Position numbers and translations under genes: made by a program. A DNA stretch of 64,000 bases, from contig CP129476.1 of NCBI GenBank assembly GCA_030583805.1, positions 437,453 to 501,452 of the forward strand, written 5' to 3'. Numbering within the stretch: the first letter of the stretch is position 1; each line of letters opens with the position of its first letter. Under the pieces are notes generated by a model. It searched no databases. It had not been told where the DNA came from and saw nothing but the letters and a program-made list of their open reading frames with translations. The DNA comes from Patescibacteria group bacterium (GTDB taxonomy: Bacteria > Patescibacteriota > Patescibacteriia > SG8-24 > DYFX01). Positions 45,018 through 54,952 of this stretch are shown one piece after another.

Positions 45018-46204
45018 AGCTCAAGCTTCAAGAGATCAAGCCACCGCTTCGGTTCGATCGGCGGCCGTACGTACTCAACGTCAACGCGATCGACGCGCAT
45101 GCTGCCCCCGACGGATTTGATGGCGGGCAGCGAGAGAATCATCTGCAGGCGTCCTTGCGAAGCCGCTACCGAAGAAAGATCGAACGAAGCTTCCGCGACG
45201 CGCCAGCCGTCCGCGTCGAGTTCAGGAGGACGATACCGCGCGACGATCGCGTCGTACGGCGCCTTTGCGAGATTCGTCTCCCAGGTGACGACGGGGAACT
45301 CGGGATCAAATCGAACAGCGCCCTTGGGCGCGTGAAGATGCTCCCCTGCCGTATCCAACAGCACGACGCGCGATTGGCGCGACGTCATGCCGACAAGCGT
45401 GACGTCGTCCGAAGCCGCGAGATCGACGCGGTACAGTCCGGGCTCAGCGCCCGAAAGCGAGAGCGCCACGGCGCCGTCGCCGCGGTGCGTGCGCGTAAGC
45501 AAGGTCTTTCCATCACGCACGAGCGCGACGCGTGCTTCGGACGCGCCCGCCCCGCGCAGACCGAGCGACATCTCAAAGGCGCCGCCTTGCACGTAGGTAT
45601 AGATCGTGCGCGAACCCTTTTCTTCGAGCGAAACATCGATCGCTTTTTCATTTGAAAGCGGCGGGAGTTTCAGGCTCCAACGCACCGGATCGAGGCCGAG
45701 CACGGCCACGCGGCTCCCTGTCTCAAGCACCTCGGCCGCCGGGCGCGACGTCGCCTTGCGTTCATACACGCGCAACTCGCCGTCCTGCCGCGCCGTCCAA
45801 CCGGCTTCGTCGAGCATCGGCACGTCGATCGGTTTCACGTCGAAACTCCAGGTCGCGAGGTCTGTCCGAGCGCCGAGCCCGACATAGGGTTGGCCATCAA
45901 GCTTGTAGCGGAGCCGCACGCGCACGCGGTCGTACAGCCGAGGCGCAGCGACGTGAAAATACACCGGCTCGTTCACGACGTCGGAATACCAAGCACCGCG
46001 CTCCTGTACGGGTCTAGCGCGATCGAGCGGCGTGAACCCTTCGATGAAGCCGTTTGGCTCGGCCGTACGCGCGGTGGCTCGTACGACGCCCGAAGGCGGA
46101 ACGTTGCGCCAGATAATCCAGCCGAGCAGAAGCGCGCCCAACACGAACCAGGCGAGACGCAGCACGCGACGAACGAACAGCAGTTGTGGCACGGCGTTGC
46201 TCAT
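45014..46204 (-). CDS. Hypothetical membrane-anchored extracytoplasmic protein (396 aa)
   Basis: N-terminal TM (LRLAWFVLGALLLGWIIW) then a large beta-rich domain. ATGA overlap with the upstream GT-C gene. Confidence 0.45.
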   Translation of the reverse strand: MSNAVPQLLFVRRVLRLAWFVLGALLLGWIIWRNVPPSGVVRATARTAEPNGFIEGFTPLDRARPVQERGAWYSDVVNEPVYFHVAAPRLYDRVRVRLRYKLDGQPYVGLGARTDLATWSFDVKPIDVPMLDEAGWTARQDGELRVYERKATSRPAAEVLETGSRVAVLGLDPVRWSLKLPPLSNEKAIDVSLEEKGSRTIYTYVQGGAFEMSLGLRGAGASEARVALVRDGKTLLTRTHRGDGAVALSLSGAEPGLYRVDLAASDDVTLVGMTSRQSRVVLLDTAGEHLHAPKGAVRFDPEFPVVTWETNLAKAPYDAIVARYRPPELDADGWRVAEASFDLSSVAASQGRLQMILSLPAIKSVGGSMRVDRVDVEYVRPPIEPKRWLDLLKLEL

Positions 46205-47787
46205 GGCACGAGATCATCCAGCGCGGCGCGCTCAAAAATGAGCGCCGTTTCGCCGGAAACGGGTGAAGGCATTTCGCTCAACGTGAAGCCGCGCGCATTC
46301 GCCAACGCTTCGAGACGAAGCCTCTCTTCGAATGCGGGCGTCAGGCCGTACCAGTACACGGGCACGACATCGGCCAATTTCGTCGCGGCGTCGAATCCCG
46401 TCGCGTCGGCAGCGGGAATGATCCGCATGATGTCGGGAACGAACAGCTTGTCGAATCGCTCCGTCATGATCACGGCGTCCGGCGGAAAGACGTTCTCGAG
46501 AAGCTGCGTGCGTTTCCATGCGTTCTCGGCGAGCGTGTCACGCACGGCTTGCAAGCTTTCGTCTCCGGCGAAGAGCGTGACGCGTGCCGTCATGAACGCG
46601 AAGAGCGCGAGCACGGCGATATGCGCGTGCTTGCGCGTCGCGCCGTCGGCGAACCGCACGAGGGCGAAGGCGGCAAATGGCAGCATCGCGACGTAAGCCG
46701 GAAGGAAATACCGTACGTACGACGTTCCGATCGTCACCGCCGAAGGGTCGAGCCGATCGCGAATCGCCCAGCTGCCGTAGAGCACGGCGAGCCAAACCGC
46801 TCCGGCAACCGTCGCGGCGGCGTATGTTTTCTGAACCGCCGTGCTTTTGCGAAATGCGGAGCACCACAAGAGCAAGCCCGCAACCGCAAGCAGCGATTGC
46901 CACCAGAAGATCCGTATGCCGTAGTACCAGGCGTTGCGGAGCGCCCGCTTGGCGTCAAAACCGAACGGCAGCGCGATGCGGGGTTCAAGCTGCGCGGAAG
47001 GCGCCGGCGCGGAAATGGCCGTTTCGACGGCCGTCGGCGCGGCGGGCGCGGAGACGTACGCCGTTTTGAACGGCGAGCCGTAAAGGCTCGCGTTGGTTTG
47101 AAGAAGCAGGAAGACCGGCAGCGCGGCGCCTGCGAGCGCCCATCCGAGGCGGCGCCAGCGCTCGGTGCCGGCAAACGGCAAGAACAGCGCGAAAGCGGGT
47201 ACCGCCCAAAGCGCTTCGGACGTGCGCGTCGCGAGCGCCCAGCCGAAGGCGAAACCTCCGAGCGCGTCGTGAACGCGATCGCGACGAAGCGCGAAGGCGG
47301 CGGCGGAAAAAATGAGAAGGTTGATGAAGAGGACGTTGTGGAACAGCCCGCGCGACGCGTAGTACAGCACGGCGGGATGCAGGAAAAAAAGGATCGCGGC
47401 GACAATGCCGACGCGTCGGTCGAAGAGCCGTCCGACAACCGCCGCAAACAATGCGCCCGCGAGGACGGTGAAAATCGGCGTCAGGAGAAAGAGCGGCGCA
47501 TTGAAGATCCGCAGAAGGGCGCCGTAGAGCAGAATGATTCCCGGAAAACTCCCCGGAACGAGCGTGTCGCCTTGAACCGCCATGCTGCGCGGATGAATGG
47601 CCCCCGCGCCGATGCCGATCACGGCATCGCGCACGAAACGCGGCTCTCCGTTCGCGACGCGCTCGATCCAAAACGCATTGGCCGTTTCGTCCGGAGAGTT
47701 CCAGAGCCCGGCCGGACGGCCGTACCACGCGGTCACGGCGAAAAACACGACGGCGCTCGCGATGAAGACTCGTTGAAGGCGCGTCAT
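46201..47787 (-). CDS. GT-C fold glycosyltransferase (PMT/ArnT-like, GT39/GT83-type)
   Basis: Start ATG 47785-47787 (MTRLQRVF). Multi-TM N-terminal domain with DE in the first loop (NSPDETANAFW). 12-13 TM, C-terminal soluble domain. Confidence 0.5.
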   Translation of the reverse strand: MTRLQRVFIASAVVFFAVTAWYGRPAGLWNSPDETANAFWIERVANGEPRFVRDAVIGIGAGAIHPRSMAVQGDTLVPGSFPGIILLYGALLRIFNAPLFLLTPIFTVLAGALFAAVVGRLFDRRVGIVAAILFFLHPAVLYYASRGLFHNVLFINLLIFSAAAFALRRDRVHDALGGFAFGWALATRTSEALWAVPAFALFLPFAGTERWRRLGWALAGAALPVFLLLQTNASLYGSPFKTAYVSAPAAPTAVETAISAPAPSAQLEPRIALPFGFDAKRALRNAWYYGIRIFWWQSLLAVAGLLLWCSAFRKSTAVQKTYAAATVAGAVWLAVLYGSWAIRDRLDPSAVTIGTSYVRYFLPAYVAMLPFAAFALVRFADGATRKHAHIAVLALFAFMTARVTLFAGDESLQAVRDTLAENAWKRTQLLENVFPPDAVIMTERFDKLFVPDIMRIIPAADATGFDAATKLADVVPVYWYGLTPAFEERLRLEALANARGFTLSEMPSPVSGETALIFERAALDDLVP

Positions 47788-48386
47788 AGGCCGTGCGCTA
47801 AAAGACTGCAGAGCGCGAGAAACGCCGCGACGCCGAACAGGACGTAGGACACGCCTTGAAGCGGCAGCATGCCCGACTGCAGATACAAAAGATAGCTCAC
47901 GACCGCGGCAACTTGGAAAAACATCTTCCACTTGCCCCACCAGTTGGCGCCCGTGACGATTCCCCGCCGCTTGCGCAGCCATCCGCCGAGCACGAAGGCG
48001 CATTCCAAACCAAGCAGCATCAAGAAGACGACGACGGAAAATTGATGGAAGAGGAGCACGGTTGCGACCGAGCCGATCAAGAGCTTGTCGACGAGCGGAT
48101 CCCAAAGCGTGCCCCAATGCGTGATCTGGCCGCGCGTGCGCGCAAGCGAGCCGTCGAGCATGTCCGTGAACGCGAGCAGGAGGAAAAACGGCACCCCGAT
48201 GTCGTAGCGTTCGTACGCCAGAAGCAGCACGGCGACAGGCGTCAAAAGCAGCCTCAGGATCGTCACGTGATTCGGGCGCACCGAAGCGGGCACGATCTTC
48301 AAAATCGTGGCGGCAAGGAGACGGTCGTGCGGATAGATTTTGGCGTCCATTTCCTGTGCTACAATCAAGCCATGAAACCGCTTCAT
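47784..48386 (-). CDS. CDP-alcohol phosphatidyltransferase family protein
   Basis: Signature D-G-x2-A-R-x8-G-x3-D-x3-D is present as DMLDGSLARTRGQITHWGTLWDPLVD. Confidence 0.65.
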   Translation of the reverse strand: MKRFHGLIVAQEMDAKIYPHDRLLAATILKIVPASVRPNHVTILRLLLTPVAVLLLAYERYDIGVPFFLLLAFTDMLDGSLARTRGQITHWGTLWDPLVDKLLIGSVATVLLFHQFSVVVFLMLLGLECAFVLGGWLRKRRGIVTGANWWGKWKMFFQVAAVVSYLLYLQSGMLPLQGVSYVLFGVAAFLALCSLLAHGL

Positions 48387-50498
48387 TCTACCATTTTAGC
48401 TTCGATCGGAGGAGTGCTGGCGGCGCTTGGTCTCGCCTCTTCGGCTTTCGCATTTCTCTTGCCGATCGGGGGCGTTCTGTTCTTCTACGGCATGGCCGAG
48501 ACTGCCGGCCGCTTAGCTTTCCCCGAAGAACAGGCGCCGATTCGCCTTGTCTTCGGCTTGCTTGGCGCCCTGGCGCTGCTTTCCGCGGCGGGCACGGCGG
48601 TCTATTACGCCTATAAGCTGGATGCCATCGGTCTCTCGTGGCTGTTCGTAACGCTCCCGTGGCTCCTGTTCGCCGTGTCGCCCTTGGGATCCGGCGCGCG
48701 CGGACGCTCCGCCTTGCCGACAATCGCCGTTGAGAAATCTCTTCCGGAAGATTCGCTCTCCGGCGTATTGCTGGTGTTATCCGTCGTGGCCGACCTTGCC
48801 GCTCTCCGCTGGCTCCTGGGTGCGCGCACCGCGGAGGCCTTGCGCACGCCCTGGGAAGCCGTTTCGCCCGTCTTCTTCCTCTGGGTCGCGCTCGCGACGT
48901 TCTGCCTCGTCGGCCTCGCTTATCGCCGCCGCTATCCGCATCTCACGCTCGCCGCGGCATCCCTGCACTTGTTTACCCTGCTCGCGCCCGCCGCGCTCGT
49001 CTACGCCATCGGCTACGGCTTCGACCCGTTCGTGCATCGCGCCGCCGAGGCGTTGATCGCCTCAACCGGAGAGATCACGCCGAAGACGCCGTATTACATC
49101 GGCCAATACGCGCTGGTCACGTCCATTGCCCAGCTCTTCCGCGCCTCCATCGGAACCGTCGACCGGTTCCTCCTGCCCGTCCTCGCGGCGCTCTTCCTTC
49201 CGGCCGCGAGCGTCTGGCTCCTGCGCCGCGGGTACGGCGTGCCGCGCCCGCTCGCGCTCGTCGCTTCGCTCGGCATCCTGCTCGTGCCTTTTCACATGTT
49301 CGCCTCGACGACGCCGCAGGGCGTCGCCGACCTCTTCTTCGTGCTCACGATGCTCCTTGGCGCCGCCTGGCTTCACGCGCACCGTCCGCCGCTCGGTTAC
49401 GTGCTCGCGCTCGCGGCCGCTTCCGTCGCGACGCATCCCATGGCCGGCATCCCCGCGCTCATGGCCGTCGCGTTCCTCATGGTCGCGAAGCTTCGGCACG
49501 ACGGCGTCCGTACGGCGCGTATCGCCAAAGCGATCGTCTACGGCCTCATGATCGGCGCGGCGGCAATCGCGATTCCGTTCGTCTTCGCCGTCCGCGAAAA
49601 CAACGGCGGAGCGTCGCTCGTGACCGCGCTCAAAAAGCCGTTGCCCGAGCTGCTCCTCGGCATTCCGCTTGAAGCGCCGGGAATCGAAACGCGCTATCGT
49701 CCCCTGCTCGACTTCGCCGAGTTCGCCGCGCGCAACCACGATCTCCTGCTCTTCGCGCTGGCCGCCGCGGGCGCTTGGCTCCTCTTGCGCCGCAAGGGCT
49801 ATCGGCGCTCGGCGTTCGCGGCCGGAGGACTTTCATTCGCGCTCCTGGTTTCGGTCGCGCTCCTGCGTACCGGATTCACCTTCAAAGACGTGATCGGCTA
49901 CGAGCAGGCGAACTACGCCGAACGCCTGTACGAGGCGGCGTTGCTCTCGCTCGCCCCGCTCGCGCTCGCCGGAACGGCCTGGTGGTGGCGCGCGCTCAGC
50001 AAAGCCGATACCGGCATGCGCGTGTTCCATGCCGCGCTCATGGCCGCCGTCGTGACGGCCCTGGCCTACGGCGCTTTCCCCCGCCTCGACGACTATCGCT
50101 ACAGCCGCGGCTACTCGCCGTCGATCCACGACGTGCGCGCGGCCGAATGGATCAGCGCGCACGGCGTCGCGCCCTTTGTCGTGCTTGCCAACCAATCCGT
50201 TTCAGCCGCGGCGCTTGAGCGGTTCGGATTCCGGACGTATTACGGCTCGCAATTTTATTACTCGATTCCGACCGGCGCGCCGCTCTACCAATCGTATCTT
50301 TCGATGGTGTACGAAGGCGCTTCGCGGGAAACGATGGTTGCCGCCATGCGCCAAGTGAACGTTCCCACGGCCTTCTTCGTGCTCAACGACTACTGGACCG
50401 ACGCGCCGCGCATCATCGCCGAAGCGAAAAAAACCGCCGACGACTGGCATGAGATCGACGGCGGCAAGGTGTTTATTTTCCGCTACACCCTCAAGTAA
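48372..50498 (+). CDS. Large polytopic membrane protein (708 aa), unknown function; candidate glycan polymerase / GT-C-like
   Basis: ATG at 48372 (MKPLHSTILASIGG...); about 14 predicted TM helices. The first 172 codons of the ORF-track frame are antisense to the CDP-alcohol transferase gene and were rejected. Confidence 0.45.
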   Translation: MKPLHSTILASIGGVLAALGLASSAFAFLLPIGGVLFFYGMAETAGRLAFPEEQAPIRLVFGLLGALALLSAAGTAVYYAYKLDAIGLSWLFVTLPWLLFAVSPLGSGARGRSALPTIAVEKSLPEDSLSGVLLVLSVVADLAALRWLLGARTAEALRTPWEAVSPVFFLWVALATFCLVGLAYRRRYPHLTLAAASLHLFTLLAPAALVYAIGYGFDPFVHRAAEALIASTGEITPKTPYYIGQYALVTSIAQLFRASIGTVDRFLLPVLAALFLPAASVWLLRRGYGVPRPLALVASLGILLVPFHMFASTTPQGVADLFFVLTMLLGAAWLHAHRPPLGYVLALAAASVATHPMAGIPALMAVAFLMVAKLRHDGVRTARIAKAIVYGLMIGAAAIAIPFVFAVRENNGGASLVTALKKPLPELLLGIPLEAPGIETRYRPLLDFAEFAARNHDLLLFALAAAGAWLLLRRKGYRRSAFAAGGLSFALLVSVALLRTGFTFKDVIGYEQANYAERLYEAALLSLAPLALAGTAWWWRALSKADTGMRVFHAALMAAVVTALAYGAFPRLDDYRYSRGYSPSIHDVRAAEWISAHGVAPFVVLANQSVSAAALERFGFRTYYGSQFYYSIPTGAPLYQSYLSMVYEGASRETMVAAMRQVNVPTAFFVLNDYWTDAPRIIAEAKKTADDWHEIDGGKVFIFRYTLK

Positions 50499-51753
50499 GG
50501 GATGGTTGATAGCGCATCGGCGCGATCGGTTCGCGCTCTTCGAGCGCCGGATCGCGGCCTTCGTACAGCGCTTCGAGCCGCTCCGCGTGACGCGGCGCCG
50601 CAAGCAGCTCAGCCGTGCGCACGGCGGCACGAGAGCGCTCCGGCCACGCTCCTTTTTCATCGCAGGCGCGCGTCAGCGCCGCAACCAGCGCGCCGACATT
50701 GTCGGCTTCGAATACCAAGCCGTTTTTTTCATGCTGTACCAGCTCTGGAGCGCCACCGATCGAAGCGACGGCGACCGGCACTCCGTAGGCGAAGCTTTCC
50801 ACGATCACCGTAGGCGCGTTCTCGTAGCAGAGCGAAGGCACGACCGTATAGTCGGCCTTGGAGAACATGTCGGCGAACTGCGCCGGTTTTTTCTTTCCAT
50901 AAAAGGAGATCCGCACGTCCTTGCCGGCGACGCGGCGCGCCTCTTCCAAGCCTGAACCGGCGCCGACGACGTCCAACCGCGCCTTGGGCCGTTCTTTGAC
51001 GAGACGGCGGAACGCCTCGATCAAGAGCAGGATGCCTTTGTGCGTTTCCACTTGCCCGAGGAACAGGAAGCGCGTCTCGCCCGACGGCGCGTGCTTGGCC
51101 GGCATGACGTGCGGAGCGGGGTTCGGCAGGAGCACTTTTTGCGACTGCGGAAAGAAGCCGCGCTCCTCATGAAAGCGGAGCAAGAAGCGGGACGGCGAAA
51201 TCACCATGTCCGGCGAGCCGAAGCGCGAACGCGCCATCCCGGCAAACAGGCGGCTGAGCGGATCCGTGACGCCGAAGGCGTGCTCCTTGCCTTTCAAGAT
51301 CAGGCCCGACGGAGCGACGAGCTGCACATCGTGCAACGTGTGCGCATGAAAAAGGCCGAGCTTGCGGATGACGGCGGGAACGCGGAACCCGATCCCCTTC
51401 AGATTGTGCGTATGCACGATCTCCGGACGCTCGATTTTCAAAATGCGCTCGACCGTTCGCGCGGCGTGATCGTTTCCGGCGTCGCGCAAATGCCAAAGCA
51501 GGCGGGCCGGCGCCGGATGTTGGCCGAGCTCGCCGTAGAAAAAGAGATTGAGCGGAAAAAAGCGATAGACGCGCAGGCCGTTTTCGACAGACATGCGCGG
51601 CTCGACGGAACCGTCTTCGCGTACGGGACACGCCGTGATAATCGAAACATCGTGCCCGAGCGCCTTGAGCGCGAGCGCTTCCTCCTCAACGACGCGTTCA
51701 GCGCCGCCCCGCCCGTACGGCGGGAAAAGATTTGAAATAAAACAAACCCGCAT
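50491..51753 (-). CDS. GT4-family glycosyltransferase
   Basis: Start ATG 51751-51753 (MRVCFISNLFPPYGRGGAERVV). The C-terminal E-x7-E region is GT4/GT1-like. Confidence 0.7.
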   Translation of the reverse strand: MRVCFISNLFPPYGRGGAERVVEEEALALKALGHDVSIITACPVREDGSVEPRMSVENGLRVYRFFPLNLFFYGELGQHPAPARLLWHLRDAGNDHAARTVERILKIERPEIVHTHNLKGIGFRVPAVIRKLGLFHAHTLHDVQLVAPSGLILKGKEHAFGVTDPLSRLFAGMARSRFGSPDMVISPSRFLLRFHEERGFFPQSQKVLLPNPAPHVMPAKHAPSGETRFLFLGQVETHKGILLLIEAFRRLVKERPKARLDVVGAGSGLEEARRVAGKDVRISFYGKKKPAQFADMFSKADYTVVPSLCYENAPTVIVESFAYGVPVAVASIGGAPELVQHEKNGLVFEADNVGALVAALTRACDEKGAWPERSRAAVRTAELLAAPRHAERLEALYEGRDPALEEREPIAPMRYQPSLT

Positions 51754-51781
51754 GCGCCGGTATTCTACCACGAAACCAGGT

Positions 51782-52843
51782 TTAGCCGCACACCGCCTCG
51801 ACGACCAGGCGGTCCGTGATCGAGGACGCGTAGGTTTCCAAGGCGCGCGTCCGGGCGGAAGCCCCCATCGCTGCGGCACGCTCGGGATACGAAAGCAGTT
51901 CCCTAAGCGCCGCCGCCAACGCCCCGGCGTCGGATGGAGGAACGACGAGCCCGGTTTTTCCCTTTTCGAGCACGCTGCGCACGCCGGGGAGATCGGACAC
52001 GACGGACGGAATGCCGCTCGCGGCGGCCGCAAGCGTCACGAGGCCGAAAGCTTCAGAACGATCAACGGAGGGAAGCACGTGCACGCGCGCCTGGCGGTAC
52101 AGCTCGGCAAGTTTTTCGTCCGTGACGCGGCCGAAAAAGCGCATGTGTCCGCCGAAGCCCGTCTTTGCCGCCAGCGTCTCGTACGAAGCGCGCAGGTCGC
52201 CGTCGCCGACGATCCAAAGTTCGACGCTCGGCAACGCAGCCGCGATTTTGGCGAAGGCCTCAAGCAGAACCGGGATACCTTTGAAATAATGCGCGCGATC
52301 GAGTCCGCCGACGAAAAGCAGCGCGTTCTTTTTCTCGCCGCCCGGCTTGAACCGTTCCACGTCGACGCCGAGCGGCGTTTCGCGCAGGCGCGCGTCGTTC
52401 TGCAAGAACGCGATTTGCGACGAGGCGAGATAATCGCGGCTTGTCACCATGACGATATCCGCCGCGCCGAGAATCGCTTCCAGAAAGAGCGCGCGGTAAA
52501 AGCGGAAGATCCAAGCCAGCCAGCCGCGACCGACCGTGTCCATGTGGTACAAGATCGATAGCCGCGTGCGACGGCCGAATGTTTTTTTCCAAAACCAAAC
52601 CCACTCGGCGCCGCCGAAAAACGGATAGTGCAGCTCCACCGCGTCGAAGCCGCGCAGCTTCCACCAAAGCTGCGGAACGCAGGCGGCATTGCCGAACCGG
52701 AAGAGCGGCCGGAGGCCTTGCCCCGGCGCCAGGACCGTCACCGCATGACCGGCGCGGCTGAGCGCCTCGGCATGCGCGGCGGCCACGTTGCCCATGCCGC
52801 CCGGATACGGCGGAAACGTTGAAACGACGACAGCGACGCGCAT
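51782..52843 (-). CDS. GT4-family glycosyltransferase
   Basis: MRVAVVVSTFPPYPGGMGNVAAAHAEAL... Start ATG 52841-52843, abutting the GT2 stop. Confidence 0.7.
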   Translation of the reverse strand: MRVAVVVSTFPPYPGGMGNVAAAHAEALSRAGHAVTVLAPGQGLRPLFRFGNAACVPQLWWKLRGFDAVELHYPFFGGAEWVWFWKKTFGRRTRLSILYHMDTVGRGWLAWIFRFYRALFLEAILGAADIVMVTSRDYLASSQIAFLQNDARLRETPLGVDVERFKPGGEKKNALLFVGGLDRAHYFKGIPVLLEAFAKIAAALPSVELWIVGDGDLRASYETLAAKTGFGGHMRFFGRVTDEKLAELYRQARVHVLPSVDRSEAFGLVTLAAAASGIPSVVSDLPGVRSVLEKGKTGLVVPPSDAGALAAALRELLSYPERAAAMGASARTRALETYASSITDRLVVEAVCG

Positions 52844-52845
52844 AG

Positions 52846-53955
52846 CTACCACCAAAGAATCAACCGCGCGAGACGCCAATAGGCCGCGAAGACGGGGTTG
52901 GCCACGCGGGTAAGCAGCGTCGGCTGCATTTGCTGGAACAGGATGCGGCCCGTGAACAGCCGCGTCGCTTCGCGATCCGTGATCTTCCGCCAGGCTTGCG
53001 CCTTCCTGCGCGCACTACCCAGCGCGACAAGATGCGCTCCCGAAAAGAAGTAGCCGTACGCACGGGCTTTTTCTCTCCACCACCCGCTCTTCAGCGCAAA
53101 AAGCCACAGGCCGAGTTCCATCGCCAAAAACGCAGGCAGAACGAGCAGCAGCGTCGGCAGCCGATACATGCGCAAAAGCACGATGAACCGATTGCGTTCC
53201 ATCCAAAAATATTTCTTGATGCTGCGTGAAAATTCGTACTTGTGAAACACGACCGAATCGGGCGCGAGCACGACACGATGTCCCGCCAAGCGCGCGCGCC
53301 AGGAATATTCCAAATCCTCGTGATACGCGAACAACTCCTCGTCGAGATAGCCGATCTCGCGCAGAAGCGAAGCGCGGATCAGCATGCCGGCGCCGCTGGC
53401 GTAGGCGATGTCGCGGCGCACGAGCTTCGCTTGCACGGAAGGATCCTTTACCGATACCGACTCCCCGCCCGCATAGCCGAACCCCAAGAAGTGGATTTCG
53501 TTGCCGTAGGAGTTGACCTGCTCCGTCTGCGGATGGAGCCGCAAGAAACTTTGCACGACGCCGATCGACGCGTCAGAAACCATCGCGCGGATCGCCGCCT
53601 CCAAAAAACCGGGCTGCGCTTCGGTATCGGGATTCAGCAGGTACATGTACTCGTACCCCTCGTCCAAGGCCTGGCGCATCGCCTGGTTGTTGCCGCCGGA
53701 AAAACCTCGGTTGTCCGCGTTCTTGAAAAAGACGCAAGGGAATCCGCCTTTCGTCGTCCGACCGTCCGGCGACAAAAGTTCCCGCGCGATGAAATCGCCG
53801 CTCCCGTCCGGAGAGTTGTTATCGACGATCATGAGCGTCGCGGCGCCGGGGTCGATGCCGGACAGCTCGACGGCGCGAAAACAATCAGCCAAAAAACGCC
53901 CGTGGTTCCACGAGACGACGATAATGGCGGTTCTAGGAACGCTCATGCGACTCAA
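52846..53955 (-). CDS. GT2-family glycosyltransferase with C-terminal membrane region
   Basis: IVVSWN, MIVDNNSPDGS, DxD (YHEDLEY) and QxxRW-like region; C-terminal TM helices. Confidence 0.7.
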   Translation of the reverse strand: MSRMSVPRTAIIVVSWNHGRFLADCFRAVELSGIDPGAATLMIVDNNSPDGSGDFIARELLSPDGRTTKGGFPCVFFKNADNRGFSGGNNQAMRQALDEGYEYMYLLNPDTEAQPGFLEAAIRAMVSDASIGVVQSFLRLHPQTEQVNSYGNEIHFLGFGYAGGESVSVKDPSVQAKLVRRDIAYASGAGMLIRASLLREIGYLDEELFAYHEDLEYSWRARLAGHRVVLAPDSVVFHKYEFSRSIKKYFWMERNRFIVLLRMYRLPTLLLVLPAFLAMELGLWLFALKSGWWREKARAYGYFFSGAHLVALGSARRKAQAWRKITDREATRLFTGRILFQQMQPTLLTRVANPVFAAYWRLARLILWW

Positions 53956-54274
53956 GATCCTTGAGCGCGAGTTCCCGCGTCAGGCGCGTGATCTGGCGCT
54001 CGTGGTCCTCCAAGCGCGCGAGCAGGCGGAACAGCAGATAAAACACGGCGGCAAGCGCGAGGTAGACGACGACGTCCGCGCCGCGCCCGACGCCGAGACG
54101 ACGCGCGACGATCGAAGCGGTTTCCGGACGAAGCACGACGCCCGCGACCGCCAGCCACAAGAGCGACCACAGCGCGAGCTGGACGAGCGAAAGGCCGCCG
54201 CGGCGATAGCGCGAAACGGCGGCTGCGAAGCCGAAGACGGCGATGACGATGAGGACGATCTGCATCGCGGTCAT
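53933..54274 (-). CDS. DUF2304-like small membrane protein (partner of GT2 polyprenyl-phosphate sugar synthase)
   Basis: ATG at 54272-54274 (MTAMQIVLIVIAVFGF...); 3 TM helices then a coiled C-terminus. 2-nt gap from the upstream GT2 gene. Confidence 0.5.
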   Translation of the reverse strand: MTAMQIVLIVIAVFGFAAAVSRYRRGGLSLVQLALWSLLWLAVAGVVLRPETASIVARRLGVGRGADVVVYLALAAVFYLLFRLLARLEDHERQITRLTRELALKDLESHERS

Positions 54275-54276
54275 AC

Positions 54277-54951
54277 TCAATCGAGAAGGCGGCGCCAGAT
54301 CAGCTTCAGCGCCGTTTCGATGCCGACGGCGAAACTCTGGCCCTTGGACAAGGAATAGCTCGTATAGACGGCTTCGATCGGTATCTCGACCAAGCGAAGG
54401 TTTTTTTCGACGATCTCTTTGATGAACTCCGAAGAGACTTCCATGCGCGACGACCGCAGCGTGATGCGCTCGGCGGCCGAACGCGTCATGCCGCGCAAGC
54501 CGCTTTGGCTGTCCGTCACCCACTTGCGATACAGCAGGAACGTGAGCGCGTTGCCCGCGCGCTGGGCGTACCGGCGCGCGAGCGGCATGTTTCCCTTCTG
54601 CTCAAGCATGCGCGAGCCGATGACGAAATCGACATCGCCTTCCGCCAACCGATCGAAAGCGCGCTTGGCGTCGCCCGCCCGGTGCTGGCCGTCGGCGTCC
54701 ATCGTGACGATCAGATCGGCCCCGAGACGCAGCGCTCCTTCAATGCCGGTACTGAGCGCGCCGCCGAGGCCGCGATTGATCGCGTGGCGCACCACGGTGG
54801 CGCCGGCGGAGGCGGCGATTTCCCCCGTCCGGTCGCCGGAACCGTCATCCACGACCAAAACGCGATCCGCGACCCCGAGCGCCGCGCGCACGACGTCGCC
54901 GATCGCCTGTTCCTCGCGGTAGGCGGGAATGACGATGACGCGCTTTTCCAT
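54277..54951 (-). CDS. GT2 polyprenyl-phosphate sugar synthase-like (DPM1/GtrB-like) glycosyltransferase
   Basis: VIVIPAYREEQAIGDVV, VVDDGSGDRTGEIA, TMDADGQH match dolichyl/undecaprenyl-phosphate hexose synthase signatures. Confidence 0.7.
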   Translation of the reverse strand: MEKRVIVIPAYREEQAIGDVVRAALGVADRVLVVDDGSGDRTGEIAASAGATVVRHAINRGLGGALSTGIEGALRLGADLIVTMDADGQHRAGDAKRAFDRLAEGDVDFVIGSRMLEQKGNMPLARRYAQRAGNALTFLLYRKWVTDSQSGLRGMTRSAAERITLRSSRMEVSSEFIKEIVEKNLRLVEIPIEAVYTSYSLSKGQSFAVGIETALKLIWRRLLD

Positions 54952-54952
54952 G

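Noticed and set aside
46549-47847. 432-aa plus-strand ORF
   Set aside because: Antisense to the GT-C gene. The translation is dominated by R/E/G/D.
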